60,247 bases of DNA from Candidatus Aceula meridiana. Its GTDB lineage: Bacteria > Omnitrophota > Gorgyraeia > Zapsychrales > Aceulaceae. The DNA is taken from positions 1 through 60,247 of the forward strand of contig JAVCDE010000011.1 of NCBI GenBank assembly GCA_030765185.1, read 5' to 3'. Under the pieces are notes generated by a model. The model was given only the letters and a program-made list of their open reading frames with translations. It was not told where the DNA came from and searched no databases. Shown here one piece after another: positions 42,501 through 54,500 of the stretch (positions are counted from its first letter, which is position 1; each line of letters starts with the position of its first letter). Position numbers and translations under genes: made by a program.

Positions 42501-45500
42501 AACGTTCTTTATTATGAAGTTAAGGCGACAGATGCAACTGATCGTTTATCAGAAGCGAAAGCTTTCTTAAATACTTTAGGAGAGGCTACTTCTGAATCAC
42601 CGGCAGACATCATTGTCTTATCGCATCACGGTACACCTAAAGGCATTAAAGATTTCTCTTTAAATCAAGGAATTTTGAAAAATGGCGGCAGTGTTCTTTT
42701 AGATGCTTGTTCGACGGGCAGAGAAATAAATCAAAACAGGGGGAGCATGGTTAGCTGGTTAGCTTCGCAGCTTCCTCAGGCTGCTCATGTACTCGGTGCA
42801 ACAAAGGGAGTAACTTCTTTAGGGCTTGAGATTAGTCCATCCGGCATTTCTTTAAATGCAGATGCTCCAATATATGATGGCATAACACACCAAACGGCAA
42901 GCCTCAACGGAGATGGTTTGAGTCGTTTTGATGGAACACGAGCACTTTCTATCCAAGCAGCACCTGCAAGCATACCAGCAGGAAACGCAAGCATGGCTTA
43001 TGTGCCAAACCGTGGTTATGTTCCATCAAACACAACCGCCCAAGACCTTCTTGCTAAAGCTCAAGAAATCAAGAGAAAGAGCGATGAAGCTTTAAGAAAA
43101 TTACAAGATCAGGCTCGAGTTCAGAATCAATCTCAAAAGACTCAGCCAACACCACCGCAGACAAACGTAATGCAAACAGGAAGTGTTATGCCAGCTGCTC
43201 CAACGAGCACAAAAGGGGTGTTCAATTTTGTTAAAAAATTCTTTGGTTTTTCACCTCAAAAAGAACAACCATCTCTGATGGCAAAAGCGCAGCCTTCGCT
43301 TGTCAGCTCAGACATTAAAAACGGTATGCCAGCTGCTCCAGCGAGCATAGGAATCTCAAAAACTGCACAAGGAATTCTTGTCCCTGGCGAAGGACTAGCG
43401 TCTAATTCCGGGTCAATATTGGTTACTGTTACCAAGGACAAGGAAGGAAAAGTTACTTTAAATGGCATTCCTGCGAGTTCTCGAACTAGTACAAAATTAG
43501 AAACACCAACTTTTTATCAAGCTCAGAACATCATGAAGGATCTAGGCATTAAAAATATTGATTATTCGAAGAGTTCTTCTATGAAGAGGCCGATAACGCT
43601 GATTATTAATCATTTAAAAAATAATCCTACTGATAGGCAAAAACTTGTTGATGAGATAGAAAAGTATCCTATTGAGCTGGAAGAGTGGTCACGAGCATCC
43701 AATAAAAACGATAAGCCCGCTATCCATGTTGTTGACGGAAACACTCGATTGGCCTTGTTGTACATGTCTCGAGCCGACAAAGACGATACTGTTAGCATTC
43801 CTTCTGTTGTTAGAAACGCAGGGCAATATACGGCACCAAAGACTTTTGTTGCCTCGTCGGCAAGCACAACCGCTCCTCAGATGCCCACGACACCAGTTGC
43901 TTCTGCTACAGAAAAAATTAAAACCATTTCTATAAGCCGATTACTTAGACCTAATGGTGCAGTTGGCAATCAAGGTGTAACGACAGAACAAGTACGTGGA
44001 ATATTGAACAATGTTTTAGGGCTAAACGTAGGTGAGAATTTTACCATGAGAGAGATGGTTGATGCATTTTTGTCTAAGAAATCTAATGTTCAGAAATTGA
44101 TTGATTATACGAACATGAATCCGATCGAAATTACTATTTTACCTGATAATACTGTTCATATTGACGATGGTCATCATAGAGCGTTCTTGCTCAATCAAGC
44201 AAAAGTAAAGAATATTGCAATAGCTTCACTATCAGAAAACACTCTTCCATCAGAAGTAAGCACCTCTGCTAGTTTAGCCGCAAGCGCTATTGAAACAGCA
44301 TCAAATACGACAGGCGCAATGACTTATGCACCAGCGACCACTACTGCAACTGGTTATACACAAATGGCTTACACGCCACCAGCAGGAAACGCAAGCATGG
44401 CTTATGTGCCAAACGGTGGCTATGTTCCATCAAACACAAGCACATCAAATGGAACAAGCTATGGTGCAGGCGTTAACTATACTTCGCCACAAGCCTATAA
44501 TTGGACAAGCAATCCGGTTTATACGTATTCTACAAACACAACCGCTCAAGATCTTCTTTCTAAAGCTCAAGAAATTAAGAGAAAGAGCGATGAAGCTTTA
44601 AGAAAATTACAAGATCAGGCTCGAGACGTTCAGAATCAATCTCAAGAGACTCAGCAAAAGACATCAACACCACAGCAGACAAACGTAACGCAAGCAGGAA
44701 GTGTTATGCCAGCTGCTCCAACGAGCACAGCTGGGGTATTCAGCTTTGTTAAAGAATTCTTTGGTTTTGCACCTCAAGAAGAACAACCATCTCTGATGGC
44801 GGCTGAGACTATATCATCAAATATAACAGCTGTTGGAAAAACTAAGAGCATTACAAAAGAAACAAATCAAAGATTAGCGAAAACAGGATTAGATTTAGAG
44901 CTTAGATCAGATGGCGCAAACGGTTTAGGATGGGAAGAATGGGCAATTCTAAAAGATGGAAAAGAAATAGGAGACGTTAAGGCAGTTCCTAAGACAAACG
45001 GCAATTTGCTTGTCGAGAGCATCGGCCTGGAAGGACGTTATCAAGGACATGGCATCGGATCGAATATCTATATTGCCCTAAACGAAGCCTTAGGCACAGA
45101 AACACAAGGCATCCTATACACAAAAGGTGGGACATTCTCGAAGACTCAAGACACTAAGAAATTTGCAGAAGAAATTAAGAAAGGAAAGCAATTATGGACA
45201 GGACTTACTCAAAAAGGACTTGCTGAGAGAGCAGGCGTAGATTACTACCGAATGAATTCTTACGCGGCTGGCAATCCTTCGAAAGTTTTTGAAATTAAGA
45301 AAATTTCTTTGGATATCGCAGCGCCGAAGATTGCAATGCCGGCTGCACCGCAAAAGATCACGATGCCAACAGCATTCGCAAAATTTGACCGCGTCGGCAG
45401 CACATTTGTTTCAAGCTCATTGCCACAAGCGATTCAAGACGTTATTAAGAGTCTTGAAGCAGATGGCCGTCAAAAAGAAATTCCTTTAATTGCTGGATAT

Positions 45501-48500
45501 TCTATTATTTCGTCTTCGGCTACCGTGGGTACTCCGCAAGAGCTAACTGATTTCTATTTTAGCAATAATTATCCTGATGTTTATTGGAGCACAGATGGTG
45601 ATGTTTATAGTGTTAATGCAGATCTTACTTTAAACGAGAAAATTGATATCGAAATTATTAAAAATGGTGTTGTCATCGTTCCTTCAGACAGTCCAATTGA
45701 TCCGCTTTCGGATATGAGTCGTTTAGGATGGTTTGATCCTAACGCCTTTAGCATGCCGACAACAGTTGCTGCACCGCAATATGCAGCCACAGTTTTCAGC
45801 GGCGATACGCCTCCAGGAAGCACATTCCTTATGTCTAGCAGCGTTGTTAGTGACATTAATATGCTTAAAAAGGCCTTGCCAGCGGATCAATTAGCGCTTG
45901 TTGTTTCAAGCTCTATTATTTATGTTGCGCCTGAAGATTGGAAAAAGACAGCAGCTTCTCTAGCGCCAACGCATTCTGTTTATGCTTATGATGGTAAAAA
46001 CATTCATCCGGTTAGTGAAAACGGCAGCATTACCACAAGCACAATTAAATTTGCTGATATTTCCGGTCAATTTAGTATTTTTGTTGCAGAAGAAGACTTA
46101 CTAGAGGCATTTAACGCTAAGCACAGATTCATGGTTGTTGAAGGCACATACTTCTTTGATAAGACGCTCTACACTCTTAAAGCAACTGTTTCAACCACAG
46201 AAACAGAGATAGAAGAAGATTTTGCTCCTGTAGATGTTCCTCAATTTGAGGTTCCGGACATGACTCCGCCGGCTGAATTTACTCCGGCTGTGCCAACAGC
46301 TCCGATTGCGCCAACATTTATGATTACACCTCTTCTTGGTAAAAAAGAAGTACAATCAGACCAAAAGATGGCTCAGGCGCCTCCGACTACCTTTGTATAT
46401 AGTCTTGCAAAAGCAGAGCCAAACAGCGCAGGTCAAAATCGGCCTTATACCATACCCATACATACCGAACACGCTGTGATGCCATTAGTGCCAGCATTGC
46501 CTGATGTCCCTGTCTCTGAGAATGATCCTAGTACCGGAGGCAATGGCAGCAATAATCCTGTTCGAAAGGCACCTACGCATCAGATGATTGCCTTTGCAAG
46601 AGCTAATGTAAACAAAACTGACATAGTTCAGCCAGTAGGCCTTGCCGCAAGCGCTGCGAGAGAGAATGGCGCAGGTTGGAAGATCGAGATTGCTAAAGCG
46701 ACATCGACAAAGGGCCTTACTACTGGCTTAGATCCGAATCCGCTTTCAGCTGCCGCTCGTTTCCGCAACGAGTCAGGCGGGAGAATAACAGGAAGCGCGG
46801 AACAAGAAGCCATGGACTCTGTGTCGGTATTTGCTTTGACCGATGTAGACGCAAAAGAAGAAAAAGAAGCAAATGTTGTTAAATTGTTCTCTAAGAACGC
46901 TTTAGACGTAGTTAGTCTAAACAACGGAGACGAAAAAGCCAAAGGTGTGCGTTCTGGAGTAGTTGTTGATCTTCAGAGAAATGCCTTCAGGTTAGCCAGC
47001 CTGGTCCTTGCAAAGGGACGAATGAGCTTGAACCGTTCTTTGAACATAGTGAATGCTGCCCCTAGCACTATTAGGGAAAGCGTGATTGCTAAAGGCGCTG
47101 AAAATGCCCGTATCTTAGGCTCTGCCTATTATACTAGGGTAAATGATGTCCTTAATGTGATCTATGCTGATGTCAAGGACGTTGCTCTTTGGATGAATGG
47201 ATCGTTACAGGAAGTGCTTACTGTAATCGCAGGCCTGTTTGTTAGCCCTGTGTATGCTGCAGAAATAAGCGTTTCCGGTGGTGCGCGAGGTGTGTCCTCA
47301 AGCGATGCTGCTAAAACAGTCGAAGAAGATGTAGAGACTGTAGCTGAGCTTAAGGCCAAACCAGCTCTAAGCGTAGATGCGCCTCTAAGAGGCCGCATGA
47401 TCACCTTCCCTATAGTAGGGGAAGATGCCGGAAAAGCTGCAGATGCAAACTCAGTGTCTAACATGCGAAATAGTCTATCACAAGAAGGATTAAAAAGACT
47501 ATTCACACAGCCAGCTTTTGCAGAAATTGGCGTTTCCGGTGGTGCACAAGGTGTGTCTTACGAAGACCGAGCCCCAATCACTGCCCCAGCAGGAAGTATC
47601 TCTGCCAGAGCAGCTAGTTCTATAGGCTCTATAATAAAGAAGGCACTCAGTGCAGTTTACAGCGCCATCGTTCAAAGAAACAACAGAGGTTTCGAGCTTC
47701 AGGGCAAAGAAGTCAGCATCGCGAGAAACTTGATCGCCGGAATCCTTATTCCGACGCTCTTCATACTTCAGGTTCTCCAAATACTGCCCAACGGGAATGC
47801 TGTGTCTCCCGAAACCTTAAACTTAGTACAAAATATTCAGATTTCAGGGACTGACCTTAGCGTATTCAATCATCCTATCGTTAGAATTATAATTCTTTCT
47901 TGGGGCTTTGGGTTCTATTTCTTAGCAAGAAACATGCCGTTTGTGTCATTGCACTTATTTGTAAAATCAGTTCTTTGGATGGACTTTGGTGGTGCTGGAA
48001 CATTCTGGGGCAATTATGGCTATAATGCAACTATCGACATGCTTTTCTATATGACCTATGTTATGGCCGGGGCAGAAGTCCTTAGGCTAGGCTGGAGACT
48101 TCTTAATGGTAAATTCTTAGAGCATTCTAGCTTTAAAGCAATGCAAGATAACTTTGGCACTATTCCTGCTCAAATCCTTTCTGCTCTTGCAGAGGTCACT
48201 TATAGGGCTCAACCAAAATTTACGACTCGTCAAGTTATCGCAGGCGTTGTTACAACCTTTGTCATTCTAACCCTAACGGAGATTTTCCCAGTTGAAGCTT
48301 ACTATATTTACGAAACTTATATTGTTAAAGGACAGCAGACACGATATAGCGGACTTACTCCTGATCGCTGGGATGTTGTTGCATATGCCTTTGGCGGTCT
48401 TTGGCTTACTCCGGTTGCCTTAAAGCTTAGAAACTTAGCTGAGAAGACCAGCAAAGCGATTAGTAAAGCTATTAAAGAGGAATGGGAAGAAGATACGAAA

Positions 48501-51500
48501 GATTTTGATGATGAAGATGAAGGGAACAAATGGGAGCAAGGCTCTAGCGCTGTTGAAACCAAAAAGGCTTCCAAGGTTTCTAGCCCTGATAGAAAAATGG
48601 ATTCCAATATTCCAGCGTTACCTTCGCTACCTTTAAATTCAGCGAATTCTCCAATTATTTATAGCGTAAGCCCACTTCTCTTAATGCCTGTTATGTTAGG
48701 TGCTGGCGTAAGCGCATCTGCTATCGCAGAGGGTGCACTTGTTGCCGCAGGTTTCTTTGGAATTATTTGGTTGCTTAGAAAATGGTTTGCTAAGACAATT
48801 TCTGCACCAAATCGGATCAGTGGAAAACTAAAAGATTTCATGCTGAAGGCGTTGTCAACTGCATCCCTTAACCGTGGCGGTGGGATTGAAGATTTCATGA
48901 CAACGCCTTCTTCTATTATTAACACCATTAAGCTGCTGGCCGGGATTCTTGTACCTTTCCGTGGCAGGAATACAAGTAGAAACGTTCTGCCAGCAGCTTC
49001 TTCTTCAGCTAGCCCTGTATCTAAGAAGACTGAAAAAGCAAGAAGCGTAGTCAAAGCCGTAGTTATCTTTGCAATTATAGCGCTATCAATTGTTGGAGTA
49101 AGCATCAACTTCGGGGCTATAGCCACGTTTATCTCGCTGGTTCCGTTTAAGACATTATTAGTAGCATTGTCTAAAGAGGCGACGATGTTGTTCTTAAGCG
49201 GCACGCTTATCGTGGCTGCTTTAACAGCGAAATTTATCGCAAAGATTTTGAACATAAAAAATAGTAAATTAAAATCAGCGCTATCTTCTTTCTGGGTGCC
49301 GGCATTGCAGTTTACCGTTCTTATCGGATCCACTTATTTATGGGTAATTGCTCAGTCTCAATTTGCTGCATCAATAGCTATTGCCGCTACTTTGTTACCG
49401 TTTATTAAGTTAGCAATGTTTTCAGCGTTGTTCTTTATCGTGGTTTGGGCATTAAATGGAATGGTGGACAACATTGGCAGGATCATAAATGGCGAAGAAG
49501 TTAAGTTGATGAACGGAATTAAATCTCGACTTGGGAGCATGCCTAAACTTAGCAGAGCGGTCTGGCTATCTATAAGAGACTTGAGAAAAGCAAAGAGAGC
49601 AGAGCTAAAGACATCTATGAAGGCACATTTTGTTAAACTCTTTAACGATGTTAAGAAAGGCAACTGGAAAGCAATAGTTAAGGTAGTTGGTGTCACAGCC
49701 TTAGTGTTGACTGTTATTGTTGCTGATCCGGCCTTAAAGATATCGGCCTTTGCCTGGTTTGTTGGGGCTTTATTAGCTGTCTTTGGAAGCTATCTTGTTA
49801 ATGTGTTCTGGAATTTCTTTATGGATAGAATTGACGCTAATGTTAAGACTTTGGATCAGATCGTTGAATACGCCAAAAGAGCTAACGGAGAAGAATATGA
49901 TTCTGAAGCATTGCCTGACGCAACAATCGGAATAATCGAGAAGAGAGCCAAAGAATACGAGGAAAGGATTAAAAGAGCCAGCAAGGTAGGAAACGCCATA
50001 TATAGATTTAACGCATGGATGGAGAGAAGAGTTCAGAATAATCCTACCTTCGCCGGATATCTCGGATTGTATTTCTCTAGGATTTTAATCGCTGCTATTG
50101 GTGTGTGGGTCGCTGGACCTGTGGGAGTAGGTTTAGGATTTGGCGTAGAAGATTCTGTGCTGGAGCCAGTATTAGAGACCATTGGTTTTTCAGCAGAGTT
50201 TATCAAAGGCACCATAGCTAACTTGGTAAAATTAGGATTACAGCATACACAAGGACAACTCGTCAGAGTCTTGCTTATCGTTTTAGGTTATATGGTCGTT
50301 GGTTTAGCTAATAGATTTAGAGCAGCCCAGCAAGGAAAATTTGGCATTGGCACCAAGTCAACACATGTTCTTAGGGCTTTAGTAGAAAACAAAGAGAACT
50401 TGAAGATAGTGGATCAGATAAAGAGTCTATATCAATTAGGCTTGGTAAATGATGTTCTTGGAATGGGTACAAAAAGATTAATAGAAGAAGAATTAGGCAT
50501 GAACAAAGAAGATATGCATTCTATAGGAAAGCGTATTAAAGCTCAAGTTGTTTACAACGTTGTTCCGATGTTGATAGCTCTTGGAGGCATAGCATTATTT
50601 GTTTTACCTCTATTAACTAAAATGTTATGGGCAATCAATCCGATTTTAGGGGCAGCAGTTTTGGCCTTGCCGATAGTAGCTGGTTTGGTTAGTTTAATGT
50701 TTAAGGCAAGGCAAGATTTTGCAGCTAAACATCCTTATTCAAACGTTATCGCGCAACAAGCAGCACAATCTTGGAAGAGCTTCGGCGGAATGTATATTAT
50801 CGGTACAGAGATTAGCGCAATCACTCACGGCGCAGAGTATTTAACTCATATTCCCGGAGTAGGATTTGTATTTGAACCAGTAGACAATATGGCGCAGGCA
50901 TTTGAAGGCGAAGGCGGGTTAATCAGCATTGGTGACCAGCTAATCGGAGCCTTCGAAGGAGCATATGGATTTGTTAACGGAGAGACAATAGAGGAAGTTC
51001 AAGGATTAAGCAGTCAGTGGGTATATTCTAAAGTTCTAGGAGCGGAAGGGGATCTTAAAGATATCCAGATGGCAGAACAACATAGAATCTCTGTAGAACA
51101 AGCTGCAAAAATGAGAGAGCTACAAAATTTTAAGGCCAAGAAAGCTGTTCAGGAAGGTTACAATTCTGAGAATGGCTGGTGGAAGAACATCATCAAATTC
51201 GGTAATGTTGTTCAGGCTAAGGGAGTTGACTTACCTGTTGGTGACATAGACGAGCAGATTAATCTCTTGCAGAAAGAATTGGATATATTAGAAGCAGAGC
51301 ATAAACTTGAAGAATCATTAAAAGAAAAAGAGAGAGTAGAAACACTTTCAGAATTAAGCGAAACAGAAAAGACCAACATGCTTTCTGTTTTAGGCTATGG
51401 CCTGCCGGAAGATGAAAATGCTGAAAGAAGCATGAAAGCCTTCAAGGCAGCACGAAAAGACACTGCTGATTCTGAAACAGACGAAGACAAGGCCTTAGTC

Positions 51501-54500
51501 GATGCGTATCTATCTTTAGTTAACAATGATATCGAGAGAACTAACAATAGTAGAGAAATGACGCAGATAGCCTTAAATCAGCTAGCAGACAGCAAAGAAT
51601 ATGTAACCTTAATCACAACCGCTCCGGTTCAGCTAGAGAAGGAGCAGGAGGTTGTGAATAGATTAAACGGGTACACAGAAAGATTAGAGCAGCTAGCCGC
51701 TGAAGACAATGCTTTAAGAAATAAGAGTGATTTAGAAATTCTTCGCAACCAAGACTTAAGATATAAGTTAGAACTTAGCGAAGGAATTGCGAACGAAAGT
51801 AGGAGAGACATCGTCGAGAAACAAAAAGAAGTTGTTGCCAAGCAGGTTGAGGTGTTAGAGGAAAAAGAAAAGTCAGAAGATGACCAGAATCGAGAAAAAA
51901 TTGCATTGCTTTACAAAGAAATAAGAGACCTAAACGGAGAACTCGCGGACCTAAAAAGTGAGTATTTTAAAGAAAAATTAAATGAATCTGAAGTCGTCAG
52001 AGAAGATTTAATTGATATTTTAAATAGCATAGGAGTCCTTAGACAACCTCAAGATGTCAACGCGGAAGCTAGCGATAGCGACATCGAACAGGCTCTTAAC
52101 ATTTTAGAAAGATCGTTAAATATTCCTGCAAACGATAATAACGGTATCGAAATAGGAGACAAAACAAAACAAGCAATAGTGAACATCTTTGATGTGAAAC
52201 TAAGAATATCCAAAGAAAAGGATATCCAGAAGAGAACCGCAGACAAGATTAACTTAAAAAATACTTATTATGAAATCAACAGAGTAATCGCTCAGGACAA
52301 CCATGACGCAAAGAGAGACTTTACCTTGCAGAAGATTTGGGATGCAATAAAAGACAAACGCTATTTGCCTTCAGAAAAATTACTTCAGCAAATAGAAGAG
52401 GCTGAATACTTTGTTGATTATTTAACTTATTCTTTAGGCGTGCTTAATACTGTCGCCATAGCTGATGGTTATGAATACACAGATGATGTGCGCGTAGCTT
52501 TAGATAAACTAAATATTTATTTTGATAGCAATGAGAATGCCGATAAAGCTAAGGGATACTTGGAAGCCCTTGAATCCAAGACAGCTTCACTTAAAGAGAC
52601 AGAAGCTAATTTGAGGGAACTATTAAATGAAGCAAAGGAGTCTTTAGAGAAATCAATGGCTCAAGCTTGGGGCGAAGAAGAACTTGTAGAGATTGACGAG
52701 CAAGATGCAAATGATGAGGTAAGAAGTGCGTTGGCTGAAGAAGTCAATGGCATGAAAGAAGCTTTCGGTGAGAATATAGCCAAAATAAGAGACATAAGAA
52801 GTAGCCGCTATGAGAATATTTCTAATCAGAACGATGAATTGGCAGAGCTAGATAAACTTTTTGGAAGCCAAGAAGCCTATGAGCAGAGAATGGCAGACAT
52901 CTACGCTAAATTAACAATGATAGATTTATATGTTGATCTTCAGCTAGGAGACACAGGTAGCAATGTCGAGAAATTATACAGACTGTTAACCCAGGAGTTT
53001 GATGCCACTGAAAAAATAAAAGGCATCGCCGGTATAGATATCACAGGAATTTTTACCAATCAGATGAGTGAAGTTATCGAAGGCTTACAGCAAGAGCTAG
53101 GAGTAGAAGTTAGTGGAAAATGGAATGATGAGACCGCCGCCGCTGCAGAAGACTTTATCAGCGAAAAGGTATTGGCTACTTATCATATCGGCCTGCTTAA
53201 GAATGCTGGCTATTATAACGAGGCAGATAATTATGAATCCAATCAAGATGTATTTGCCGATTTAGAAAATATTTCTAAAATAATTGACGGATTCCAAGCC
53301 GATGCCAAGTTCCCGGTAGATAAAATAACCGGTGAGTGGAATTTAGAAACAACTGAATATTTCTCTAGGCTCGAGCAAGGTTATATGCAAGCTAAATGGT
53401 TGAACCAGCGCTCTTCTGATTTAATCGCAGAATATAGAACAGAGCTAAATAGCTTGAAGCCGGAATTCCCAATTGAAGGAAAAGACGCTAAAGATGATGT
53501 GGCATCCAGGTTCGGATTTGTTAAAGGTCGCTTTGACAGCAAGTCACATGTTAATACCGGCATTACAATCGATACCCAAGACGGCACCACAATACACGCC
53601 ATAGCAGATGGCGAGGTCGTTTTTGTAGACAACAAAAAAGGTATTATCAAAATAGACCACGGCAACAATATAGAGAGCATTTATAGAAACTTAGGCAAAG
53701 TCGAGGGCGACCTTAAAGTAGGCGACATGGTTATCAAGAGAAACAAGCTAGGCGAGAGTAAAGATTCATACATGCATCTTAAGGTGCTTATCAATGGCGC
53801 TGCGGTTAATCCTTTAAATGGAGTACTGTACGAGAACTTGGCCGATGAAGACAGAGCCGCACACGAATCAATCAAGCAAATCAGACAAGATCGAGAAGAC
53901 ACCAGACGCAGACAAGATTTAATAGATTTTATGAATTCCCGTACAGAAAATGCTGATGTTGTAACACTTGAAAAAGCATTGGAGAGTATAAACAGCAAAG
54001 AATTTGAGGCAGAATATCGCAGGAGCAATGAAGATGTTGACAACGCCTTGATTACTTTTGAAAGAATGTTGCAGGAGTTAGATCAACAGGGCTTTAAAAA
54101 ATTCGTTAAAATGCTTAAAGATCATCAATTTAATATCGGCGGCTCTATACAGCTTAATGAAGGTTCTCTAGAAAAAATGGGTTGGTTAGGGTTTGCATCT
54201 AGATTAGACGATATTTTTGTAAAACCATTCCGAAAAGACAGCAAATATGAAAGCATCTCGCTAGAGGCTACACTCAGCTATTTCAACGCCTTGATTGCTT
54301 TAGAAGATGCCAGATTAGATGCGGAGAGAGAAATTAAAGAAGCTTATATAGGCCTGTTATCAGCTGAGATGAGATTAAGAATGTTTGAGGGTGGAGAATT
54401 GACACAGGATTTAGTAGATGTTTGGAAGAAAGACGGATACGCGTTTGATGCTCATCAGAAACGATACCTGAATATACCTGTTGAGAAATTAGCCAACTGG

